In this document: positions 56,290-64,000 of the stretch, one piece after another
Numbering within the stretch: position 1 is the stretch's first letter
How the letters are laid out: each line of letters opens with the position of its first letter
Assembly: GCA_022821085.1 (NCBI GenBank)
Contig: JAJEEG010000006.1
Location: forward strand, 268,405 to 332,404
Reading direction: 5' to 3'
Source of the DNA: Candidatus Latescibacterota bacterium
GTDB lineage: Bacteria > JAAXHH01
DNA length: 64,000 nt
Position numbers and translations under genes: made by a program
Notes under the pieces: generated by a model
Seen by the model: the letters and a program-made list of their open reading frames with translations, nothing else
What the model was told of the DNA's origin: nothing
The model's database searches: none

Positions 56290-57543
56290 ATGTTGAACCG
56301 TATAAAGGAGACGGTCGATTCCGGCCTCTCCCGCCGCCGTTTTCTCACGGGAGCACTGGCCGCAGGCGCCGCGTTGACGCTGGCCGATCGTCTGGCCCTT
56401 GCCCAGACCATGGCTACGGGCGGCCTTACCGCCAAGGACATCCACGGGATCGGCGTCGAACCGGGTCTCGTCCGCATGGCGTTGAACGAGAATCCCATCG
56501 GACCGTCCCCGCGGGCGTTGGAAGCCATCGCCGAGAACATGTTCAAGATCAACCGGTATTCCTTCGGCGGCGGCGACATCTTCGGCGCGCTGGCCGAGTT
56601 CGACGGTCTGGAGCTGCCGCCCCCTCCCAGGTTCGGCGGTACGGGTCGTATGGGCGGTGGAGGCCGTTTCTTCAGGCAGACTCCGTTCTACATTACGGCG
56701 GGATCCGGCGCGCTCCTTTCCCAGATCGCGCTGACCTATCTGAGCAAGGGCGGCACCGAGGTCATCGAGGCCGATATGGGCTACGGCGACATTTCGGGTG
56801 ATGCCGAGAACTACCTGGAAGCCGGCCTCGACGTGAACATCATCCGCACGCCCATGAAGGACTACAAACACGACCTGGACGCCATGCTCGCGGCGATTAC
56901 CCCGAAGACGTCCGTGGTGGTCATCACCAATCCGAACAACCCGACCGGCACGCTGCTCTCCTTCGAAGAGACGGAGAAGTTCGTGGCCGCCGTGCCCGAG
57001 AACGTAATCGTGGTCATCGACGAGGCCTACATTCATTTCGTCCGGGATCCCCAGTACCAAACCGCGGCGTCGCTGACCAGGAAGTACGAAAACGTGATCG
57101 TCACCCGAACCTTTTCCAAGGTCTTCGGCATGCCGGGCATGCGCCTTGGATACGGGATCTGCAGCCAGGCCATCCAGGAGAAGCTGCGGTTCTACAGAAC
57201 AGGCAGCGCCAACGCCCTGGCCTACGCCGCGGGCGAGGCGTCCCTGAAGGATCGGAACCATTACGACCGTTCCCGGGCGGTCGTTCAACACTTCCGGGAC
57301 CGGCTGGAAGACGAATTCACGAAGATGGGGCTGGAGTACATCCCGTCCGAAAGCAATTTCATGATGGTCGACCTGGGCAAGCCGTCGATGAACATCATGC
57401 GGGAAATGTTCCAGAAGGGCGTCATGGTGACGAACCGGCGCAGGCAGCAGATGCCCACGTGGATCCGCGTATCCTCCGGCGACGAGCGGGAAACGGAAGT
57501 CTTCCTCAACGTGCTGAAAGAAGCTTTGGGCAAGACCAGCTAG
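56290..57543 (+). CDS. class I/II (HisC-like) PLP aminotransferase with twin-arginine signal peptide
   Basis: ATG at 56290 is preceded by agggag. SRRRFLTGALAAGAALTLA Tat motif. NENPIGP, NPNNPTG and FSKVFGMPGMRLGYG (PLP Lys) motifs. Confidence 0.75.
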   Translation: MLNRIKETVDSGLSRRRFLTGALAAGAALTLADRLALAQTMATGGLTAKDIHGIGVEPGLVRMALNENPIGPSPRALEAIAENMFKINRYSFGGGDIFGALAEFDGLELPPPPRFGGTGRMGGGGRFFRQTPFYITAGSGALLSQIALTYLSKGGTEVIEADMGYGDISGDAENYLEAGLDVNIIRTPMKDYKHDLDAMLAAITPKTSVVVITNPNNPTGTLLSFEETEKFVAAVPENVIVVIDEAYIHFVRDPQYQTAASLTRKYENVIVTRTFSKVFGMPGMRLGYGICSQAIQEKLRFYRTGSANALAYAAGEASLKDRNHYDRSRAVVQHFRDRLEDEFTKMGLEYIPSESNFMMVDLGKPSMNIMREMFQKGVMVTNRRRQQMPTWIRVSSGDERETEVFLNVLKEALGKTS

Positions 57544-57559
57544 CAGCACGGGGCCGCCA

Positions 57560-58930
57560 ATGTCGCACATCCGCCTGCCCCTGATCGTTACCTGGGGCCT
57601 GGTCGTCCTGTGGTTCCTGCTGGACGTCTCGGGCCTGGTGTCGGGCGGTCCATTCAACATAAACTGGACGATACCGGCCGCCGCCGCGTGGATTTCGGTC
57701 ATCAGTCTCCGCGCGGGCAGGGGATACGGCGGGTTTCTGTCTGCCGTCATGCTCTATACGGCGGGCGTCCGCCTGTTGATCGTCCTGCTGTCGGTTCTGG
57801 GCAAGACGGCGGAGCTCGAAGGCGAGTATTTCACCTGGGGCCGCAACGTCCTGTTCGGCCTCGTCATTCCCCACGTCGTTGTCTGGCCCATCGTCACCTT
57901 CATCGCGGGCACGGTACTCTGGCCCGCGGCTGCCCTGGTTCTGCGCAGGGGGCGGGTTTCCTATCGAGGCGCCGCCATGGGCGTTGTGGTCATTCTACTG
58001 CTGGTATTCATCGGTCTTCCCTACCTGATATCGATCACTTATACCGGCGGCGTGGGCCCGCGGCGCAAGGCGCAGAATACGCCGGCGGACTATGGACTGG
58101 CCTACGAAGAGGTGACCTTGACCACGTCGGACGGCCTGAACCTGGCCGCCTGGTACATACCGAACGCGTCTGGCCGGGGCACGGTCATCTACTGCCATGG
58201 CCACACCAACCACCGGGGCCAGATGCTGGAACAGGCCGCCTTCCTGCATGAAAACGGGTATAGCGGGCTCCTGTTCGACTTCCGCCGCCACGGGGACAGT
58301 GAAGGCGACCTGACGACATTCGGTTACTACGAATGGCGCGACGCACAGGCGGCCTTGAGACACGTGGTCGACGAACGTGGTGAGGAAGGCCCGGTCATAC
58401 TCTGGGGCGTTTCCATGGGGGCCGCCACCGCGCTGCTCACGGCGACGGAGGAGCCCGAATACGACGCCGTGATCGCCGAAAGCAGCTACTACGCCGCGTC
58501 GGAAACGCTCCGCAGCGACCTGAGCCGGATATTCGGCCTGCCGAAAAACCCCTTCGGTTTCCTGACCGGTACCATTACGGAACTCCGCGTGGGCATCAAG
58601 ATCGATTCCCTGGACCTCGGCCGGGCGGTTGCCGGCCTGGGGGAGACGGCCGTACTCCTCGTGGGCGGAAGCGCGGACCGGCGCATGCCGCTGTCGAACA
58701 ACGAGCGGCTGTTCGAGCGGATTCCCGGCGCACGCAAGGAGATCTACGTGGCCGAAGGCGCGACCCACGGCGACATCTGGGAAATGGACCGGGAGGCGTA
58801 CGCGGAGAAGGTCCTGGCCTTCCTTGAGAAGTCGGGGTCTAGCGATGACCTGGAATCGCCGGCCAGAGACGGGGCATCCGATGACCCGGAAACATCGGCC
58901 GGAGACGGGGCATCCGATGAATCCCGCTAG
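57560..58930 (+). CDS. membrane-anchored alpha/beta hydrolase
   Basis: Four or five N-terminal TM helices, then a hydrolase domain (HGHTNHRG, GVSMGA nucleophile elbow). Confidence 0.7.
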   Translation: MSHIRLPLIVTWGLVVLWFLLDVSGLVSGGPFNINWTIPAAAAWISVISLRAGRGYGGFLSAVMLYTAGVRLLIVLLSVLGKTAELEGEYFTWGRNVLFGLVIPHVVVWPIVTFIAGTVLWPAAALVLRRGRVSYRGAAMGVVVILLLVFIGLPYLISITYTGGVGPRRKAQNTPADYGLAYEEVTLTTSDGLNLAAWYIPNASGRGTVIYCHGHTNHRGQMLEQAAFLHENGYSGLLFDFRRHGDSEGDLTTFGYYEWRDAQAALRHVVDERGEEGPVILWGVSMGAATALLTATEEPEYDAVIAESSYYAASETLRSDLSRIFGLPKNPFGFLTGTITELRVGIKIDSLDLGRAVAGLGETAVLLVGGSADRRMPLSNNERLFERIPGARKEIYVAEGATHGDIWEMDREAYAEKVLAFLEKSGSSDDLESPARDGASDDPETSAGDGASDESR

Positions 58931-58951
58931 AGAGAAAAAAGGGGAACTGGC

Positions 58952-59620
58952 GTGAAAGATCCCGTGTTTCAATCCCTGTCGACCTACCGGGAGTATTCGC
59001 CCGAAGAGATGAAACGGCGGGCCGAAGCGTTCTACCGGGAGCTTCGCCGGCGGAGGACGGTCCGCGATTTCTCCGACCGGCCCGTGCCGAAATCCATCAT
59101 CGATCACTGCCTGCTGGCGGCCGGTACGGCGCCCAGCGGCGCGAACATGCAGCCGTGGCATTTCGCCGCGGTGTCCGACCCGGAGATCAAAGCGAAGATC
59201 CGCGTCGCCGCCGAGCAGGAGGAACAGCAGTTCTACCGCGAGAAAGCGCCGCAGGAGTGGCTCGACGCCCTGGCCCCGCTGGGCACCGATGAACATAAGC
59301 CCTTCCTGGAAACGGCGCCGTGGCTGGTCGCCATCTTCGTCCAGCGTCACGGCGTGCTGCCCGACGGACGGAGCGTCAAGCACTACTACGCCCTGGAATC
59401 GGTGGGCATCGCCACGGGCATGCTGATCGCGGCGGTGCACCAGGCCGGCCTGGCGTCGCTCACCCACACGCCGAGCCCCATGAATTTCCTGAACCGCCTG
59501 CTGGGCCGGCCGGCCAACGAACGGCCCTTCCTGCTCCTGGTCGTCGGGTACCCGGCGGAAGACGCGGAAGTGCCGGTGATCACGAAGAAACCGCTTGAGG
59601 ACATCGCCACGTTTATTTGA
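58952..59620 (+). CDS. nitroreductase family flavoprotein (iodotyrosine-deiodinase-like)
   Basis: RRRTVRDF motif and nitroreductase fold length (222 aa). GTG start. Confidence 0.75.
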   Translation: MKDPVFQSLSTYREYSPEEMKRRAEAFYRELRRRRTVRDFSDRPVPKSIIDHCLLAAGTAPSGANMQPWHFAAVSDPEIKAKIRVAAEQEEQQFYREKAPQEWLDALAPLGTDEHKPFLETAPWLVAIFVQRHGVLPDGRSVKHYYALESVGIATGMLIAAVHQAGLASLTHTPSPMNFLNRLLGRPANERPFLLLVVGYPAEDAEVPVITKKPLEDIATFI

Positions 59621-59723
59621 AGCGCGACGCGGACACGGGCATCCCGGCGAGACCGGGCGCGACCTGGCGCGACCGGGCGCGTCCAGGCGAGACCAGACAC
59701 GTCCAACAGATTGGGGAGGATCA

Positions 59724-60599
59724 ATGCGCGGATCGATCGTACCGGTGGTTACACCCTTCAAGAACGGGTCGCTGGACCTGGACGGACTGGCCGGCCTGGT
59801 CGATTGGCAGATCCGTTGCGGGTCCCATGGCGTGTCGGTGCAGGGGACGACCGGCGAACCGGGTTCGCTGTCTCTCGAAGAACGTAAGGAAGTGATCCGC
59901 GCCGCGGCCGCGGCGGTGGACGGAAGGGTGCCCTTCGTGCCGGGCAGCGCGTCCACCCACCACGAGGAGTCGGTCGAGCTCTCCCGCTTCGCCCAGGCGA
60001 ACGGCGCCGACGCCCTGCTCTTCATCGCGCCGTACTACAGCCGGCCGGGCCAGGAAGGGATTTTCCGACATTTCGACGCGCTGGCGAAATGCGTGGACCT
60101 GCCGGTCATCCTGTACAACATTCCCGGGCGCACGGCCGTCAACATCGAGATCGATACCGTGGCGCGGCTGAAGGAGGCCAATGACAATCTCATCGGCGTC
60201 AAGGAGTCGAACAAGGATTTCGAGCACATCAACCGGCTCCTGCACCGTATGGGCCGGGACTTCCTCGTGTACTCGGGGATCGAACTGCTCTGCTATCCCA
60301 TTCTGGCCATCGGCGGGGCGGGATTCGTGAGCGCCACGGGCAACCTGATGCCGTCGGAAGTGGCGCGGCTGTACGACCTGGTCCAGGAGGGCAAGTGGCT
60401 GGAGGCGCGCGAACTCCATTATCACATGATGACGCTTAACGACGCCGTGTTCATGGAAATCAATCCCGTGCCGGTCAAGACGGCCCTGGGCATGATGGGT
60501 AAAATCAGTCCCGAGGTCAGGCTGCCCCTGGCCCCGTTGTCGGAACCGAACCGCGAGAAGCTGCGCGGGATCCTGGCGGACTACGGGCTGATCGGATAG
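59724..60599 (+). CDS. DapA/DHDPS-family enzyme (dihydrodipicolinate synthase / 2-keto-3-deoxy acid dehydratase or aldolase family)
   Basis: ATG at 59724 is preceded by ggggagga. IVPVVTPF, GTTGE and Schiff-base Lys in LIGVKES. Confidence 0.8.
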   Translation: MRGSIVPVVTPFKNGSLDLDGLAGLVDWQIRCGSHGVSVQGTTGEPGSLSLEERKEVIRAAAAAVDGRVPFVPGSASTHHEESVELSRFAQANGADALLFIAPYYSRPGQEGIFRHFDALAKCVDLPVILYNIPGRTAVNIEIDTVARLKEANDNLIGVKESNKDFEHINRLLHRMGRDFLVYSGIELLCYPILAIGGAGFVSATGNLMPSEVARLYDLVQEGKWLEARELHYHMMTLNDAVFMEINPVPVKTALGMMGKISPEVRLPLAPLSEPNREKLRGILADYGLIG

Positions 60600-60666
60600 C
60601 CGGCCATGGCCTCCTGCCGGTCATGGCCGCAGCTACATCCTTGCGCGGTGCGCTTCCGGTACGCAT

Positions 60667-61716
60667 ATGCCGAACACCCCTTACCGACTGCATTACAACG
60701 AGAATCCGCTCGGTCCGTCCCCGCTGGTGATGGACCGGATCCGGGCTCACCTGGCCGGACTCAGCCTGTATCCGCCCAGGGACGATGACGCGCTGCGAAA
60801 CCGCCTCGCGGCGTTCTACGGCAGGAGCGTGACGCCCGACCACCTGTTCACGACCTACAGCGGCTCCGAAGCCCTGGACCTCATTGCCCGGGTCTTCCTG
60901 GCGCCCGGCGACGAGGTCATCGTGTGCGGGCCGACGTTTCATGTATACGAACGGACCGCCGCGTGGCAGGGCGCGAAGGTTGTCGACGTTCCCCTGGACG
61001 GCGAGGATTTCAGCGTCCGGACCGACGCGGTCCTGGAGGCGGTGACGGCGCGGACGCGCCTGGTCTACCTGGGCAATCCCAACAATCCGACGGGTTCTAT
61101 CGTTAACCGGGAGGACATGGACCGGCTTCACGAGGGCCTGCCCTCCAGCGTTACCCTGGTTTCCGACGAAGTGTACCACCAGTTCGTGACCCATCCGGAC
61201 TATCCGGATTCGCCCGCCGATGCCGTAGCCGGGCGCAACGTGATCGTCCTCCACTCATTCTCGAAGGTCTACGGGCTGGCCGGCCTACGCGTCGGCGTGG
61301 TCATATCCCGTCCCGACATCGTCGAACGCCTGGCGGGACTTCGCAGGACCTTTCACCTGGGTTCGCTCGAGATGGAGGCGGCCGCCGCGGCCATCGATGA
61401 CCAGGACCACGTTGCGCAATCCGTGGCACTGGCGGAGCAGGGGAAGAAAACGCTCTACGCGGCCTTCGACCGGCTGGGCGTCGCCTGCTGGCTGAGCGAG
61501 GGCAACTTCGTGCTTTTCCGGACGCCGGTTCCCGCCGACGAACTGACGGCGCGGATGGCGGACCGTGGCATACTCGTGGGATCGGGCAATCGTTTCGGCC
61601 TGACACACAGCATCCGGGTCAGCGTCGGGCTTCCGGAGGCGAACGAAGCCTTCATATCGGCGCTGGAATGCATCCTGATCGACAACAGGCAGCCCGTGAC
61701 GTCCGACGGGCGCTGA
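60667..61716 (+). CDS. histidinol-phosphate-aminotransferase-like class II aminotransferase (cytoplasmic paralog)
   Basis: YNENPLGPSP, GNPNNPTG and SFSKVYGLAGLRVG motifs. 349 aa. Confidence 0.8.
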   Translation: MPNTPYRLHYNENPLGPSPLVMDRIRAHLAGLSLYPPRDDDALRNRLAAFYGRSVTPDHLFTTYSGSEALDLIARVFLAPGDEVIVCGPTFHVYERTAAWQGAKVVDVPLDGEDFSVRTDAVLEAVTARTRLVYLGNPNNPTGSIVNREDMDRLHEGLPSSVTLVSDEVYHQFVTHPDYPDSPADAVAGRNVIVLHSFSKVYGLAGLRVGVVISRPDIVERLAGLRRTFHLGSLEMEAAAAAIDDQDHVAQSVALAEQGKKTLYAAFDRLGVACWLSEGNFVLFRTPVPADELTARMADRGILVGSGNRFGLTHSIRVSVGLPEANEAFISALECILIDNRQPVTSDGR

Positions 61717-61787
61717 CTTTCGGTCGGCGATCGCCGGCGTCAGATATCGTTGCATGATAAACAGAGATTCCGTACCGAGGGAAACGC

Positions 61788-63083
61788 ATGTCGCAAACCG
61801 CATTGATCGAACGGGCCGAACGGGTTTTCGTGGGCGGAGGAAACGGGGAATTCCGCCTTCCGCCTGAAGCCAACCTGGTCGTGACCCGCGGCGAAGGCGT
61901 GACGATCCACGACACCGCGGGAAAAACGTACATCGACTTTCTCCTGGGGTCCGGCCCGATGATCCTCGGTCACGCCCATCCCGCAGTAGTGGAGGCGGTG
62001 ACCCGCCAGATCGCGCGCGGGACGACCTTCATGGCCCTCAACGAACCGGCGATCGAGCTGGCCGAACGGGTGGTCGACGCCTCGCCCTGCGGGGAGAAGG
62101 TCCGCCTGGTAATCACCGGTTCCGAATCGATCCAGTTCGCCCTGCGGGCCGCCCGGGCCTTCACGGGCCGCGACCGCTGCCTGCGCTTCGAGGGGGGCTG
62201 GCACGGGGTGAGCGATTCGGCGCTGCACGGGGCGCGGACGCTGCATCCCGGCGCCTATCCCGGCACGTTGCCGGACGGCGGCGGCATTCCCCGGAGTTGG
62301 TCGGCGGACATGCTCGCCGTGCCCTTCAACGACGTGGAACGGGCCACCGAGATCGTGGAACGCCACCACGGGGAGCTCGCCGCGATCGTCATCGAGCCCC
62401 TCCAGCGGTGCATCCTGCCCCGGCCGGGCTTCTTCGAGGCGATGCGGACATTGTGCGACCGGTTCGGCATCGTCCTCATCTTCGACGAGATCGTCACGGG
62501 TTTCCGCATGGCCTGGGGCGGTGCGCAGGAACGGTATGGCGTGACCGCCGATCTGGCGGCCTACGGAAAGACGATCAGCGGCGGCTATCCCCTGGCCGCC
62601 ATGTGCGGACGGGCCGACGTGATGGACGTCATGAATGGCTGGCGCCCGGCGGACGATCCGAAGCGGGTCATCGCCTCCGGCACCTTCAACGGCTATCCCG
62701 TGGGCGCCGTCGCCGGGCTGGCCACCCTCGGCGTGCTGGAACGGCCCGGGACCTACGAGCGGCTCTTCGCCATGGGCGACCGCATCACCCGGGAGATTAC
62801 GGCCATGGGCGAGCGGCATTCGATCCCCCTGCTGGTCGGCGGCGAAGGCCCCGTGCTCCAGGTGCTGTTCACCGACGAAAGGGAAATCGTCGACTACGGT
62901 TCCATGTTCCGCGCCGACAAGCAGAAGGCCTTCGTCTTCGGCGTCGAGATGATCAAGCGGGGGCTCTTCGTAAGCCCCTACGAGAAGATTTACCTGTCCC
63001 TCGTGCACACGGACGGCCACATCGACCGGCTTCTAGAGTCGGCGGAAGAGGTGCTGCGGGACGTGATCGCGAAAATGGATTGA
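61788..63083 (+). CDS. class III aminotransferase (glutamate-1-semialdehyde 2,1-aminomutase-like)
   Basis: GSGPMILGHAHP, DEIVTGFR and YGKTISGG (PLP Lys) motifs. Confidence 0.85.
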   Translation: MSQTALIERAERVFVGGGNGEFRLPPEANLVVTRGEGVTIHDTAGKTYIDFLLGSGPMILGHAHPAVVEAVTRQIARGTTFMALNEPAIELAERVVDASPCGEKVRLVITGSESIQFALRAARAFTGRDRCLRFEGGWHGVSDSALHGARTLHPGAYPGTLPDGGGIPRSWSADMLAVPFNDVERATEIVERHHGELAAIVIEPLQRCILPRPGFFEAMRTLCDRFGIVLIFDEIVTGFRMAWGGAQERYGVTADLAAYGKTISGGYPLAAMCGRADVMDVMNGWRPADDPKRVIASGTFNGYPVGAVAGLATLGVLERPGTYERLFAMGDRITREITAMGERHSIPLLVGGEGPVLQVLFTDEREIVDYGSMFRADKQKAFVFGVEMIKRGLFVSPYEKIYLSLVHTDGHIDRLLESAEEVLRDVIAKMD

Positions 63084-63100
63084 ACAGAAGGAGCAAAACC

Positions 63101-63823
63101 ATGAAAAACGTCCTCCTCCTGGGCGCCTCCGGCAATATCGCGCCGTTCATCATCCCCGGCCTGGAGCAGCACTACAACCTGCGCCTGGCCGATATCCGTC
63201 CCCATCCCGGCGGAAAGCCCACCATGCACGTGGACATGGGCGACTACGGGCAGGTGCTGGAAGCCGCCCGCGGCATGGACGCGATCATGAACTGGACCGT
63301 GGTCCGGCAGGACCCGGTGGCGAGTTTCGCCGTATCGACCCGGGGCGCCTGGCACGTGATGAAGGCGGCGGCGGAGCTCGGTATCGAGAAGGTCCTGCAC
63401 ACGGGTCCGGAGATCATCATCTCCGGTTACCTCCACGACCACGACATCGGCGACGTGCCCCAGGCGCCGGGCACCGGCTATTACATGCTGACCAAGCACC
63501 TGGCCATGGAGATCTGCAAAATCTACGCCCGCAAGTACCGTATACACACCGTGTGCTATCAGTTCAACGGACTGGGCCCGATGCCCGAAGAGCAGGTCAG
63601 GAACGCCGACCATCCGCCCTTCACCATCGTCTACGACGACCTGGTGGAGGCCTGCCGGCTGGCCCTGGAAATCGAGGAGGTGCCGGGATACTTCCAGGCC
63701 TTCAACATGGGCAGCTACCTGCAGCAGGGCAAGTACACCATCGACAAGGCCCGGCGCATCCTCGGCTACGAACCCCGGACCAACCCCCAGCGGTTCTACA
63801 GGCGGCCGGTTGCGACTACATGA
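63101..63823 (+). CDS. NAD(P)-binding uronate-dehydrogenase-like protein (paralog of 4855..5580)
   Basis: LLLGASGNIAP...LRLAD and YYMLTKH. SD aaggagcaaaacc. The longer track ORF from 62297 is not supported upstream of this ATG. Confidence 0.7.
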   Translation: MKNVLLLGASGNIAPFIIPGLEQHYNLRLADIRPHPGGKPTMHVDMGDYGQVLEAARGMDAIMNWTVVRQDPVASFAVSTRGAWHVMKAAAELGIEKVLHTGPEIIISGYLHDHDIGDVPQAPGTGYYMLTKHLAMEICKIYARKYRIHTVCYQFNGLGPMPEEQVRNADHPPFTIVYDDLVEACRLALEIEEVPGYFQAFNMGSYLQQGKYTIDKARRILGYEPRTNPQRFYRRPVATT

Positions 63824-64000
63824 AGATCACGCGGTTCGAGGTCATTCCCCTGAAGCAGCGCGGCCTGCTGCTCAAGGTGCATACCGATTCGGAACTCGTG
63901 GGCTACGGGTCGCCCATGAACTACGAGCACGGCCGGACGGTCACCCGGGCTATCCATGACATGGAAGACTACCTCCGCGGCCGCGATCCTCGGCAAATCG
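63822..64000 (+). CDS. enolase-superfamily (mandelate racemase / sugar-acid dehydratase) protein, N-terminal fragment (continues past window)
   Basis: MKITRFEVIPLK...LLKVHTDSELVGYG capping-domain start. Its ATGA overlaps the stop of 63101..63823. Confidence 0.55.

Noticed and set aside
57995-60025. 676-aa minus-strand ORF across the alpha/beta hydrolase, nitroreductase and DapA genes
   Set aside because: Shadow ORF. The plus-strand genes each have an SD and conserved catalytic motifs.
62297-63823. 508-aa plus-strand ORF extending the Udh-like gene far upstream
   Set aside because: The upstream 270 codons overlap the class III aminotransferase gene out of frame and are Arg/Gly-rich. An SD and an ATG at 63101 give a protein colinear with its paralog at 4855.

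Overview
This is a high-GC (~65%) contig, most likely from an uncultured Gram-negative bacterium: it carries lipoboxes, Tat signals, an LptD-like protein and porin-like outer-membrane proteins (OMPs). No rRNA, tRNA, CRISPR array, integrase or transposase was seen.

Housekeeping and catabolic content:
- Region 1-9.8 kb: an oxidative sugar/sugar-acid module. It holds an aldo-keto reductase C-terminus (gene continues upstream of the window), a RhaM-like mutarotase, a PhyH dioxygenase, an NHL propeller, an amidohydrolase-2 lactonase, two uronate-dehydrogenase-like NAD enzymes, a 6PGL-like lactonase and an acetoacetyl-CoA-synthetase-like ligase.
- Region 56-64 kb: a second module with a Tat-signal HisC-like aminotransferase, a membrane alpha/beta hydrolase, a nitroreductase, a DapA-family enzyme, a second HisC-like aminotransferase, a class III aminotransferase, a third uronate-dehydrogenase-like paralog and an enolase-superfamily start.
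- Region 42-55 kb: a ManD-like dehydratase, an M14 carboxypeptidase, a saccharopine dehydrogenase, PPK2, a PafA-like phosphatase, a ceramidase-like protein, a Gfo/Idh/MocA oxidoreductase and an orphan TupA-like binding protein.

Most striking part (about 9.8-42 kb plus 50.9 kb): an accessory cell-surface locus built from three repeated protein families.
- Four paralogous Big_2 + plant-type LRR lipoproteins. One is 1202 aa with a C-terminal metzincin-like HExxHxxxxxH domain.
- Three lipoproteins whose lipobox cysteine is followed immediately by collagen-like G-X-Y repeats and then different C-terminal domains.
- Seven paralogous small proteins with an N-terminal transmembrane (TM) helix and C-terminal 11-residue repeats; five share the motif DMNxRLGRVEG. 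Some copies carry duplicated structured leaders and duplicated ~270-bp upstream elements.

Other notable features:
- A fused GAF-PAS-HisKA-REC-OmpR regulator next to the surface locus.
- In-frame tandem repeats inside the collagen-like and 11-mer-repeat genes.
- A frameshifted gene-end remnant.
- An AT-rich two-gene islet.
- A candidate structured ncRNA or leader driven by a consensus sigma70-type promoter.
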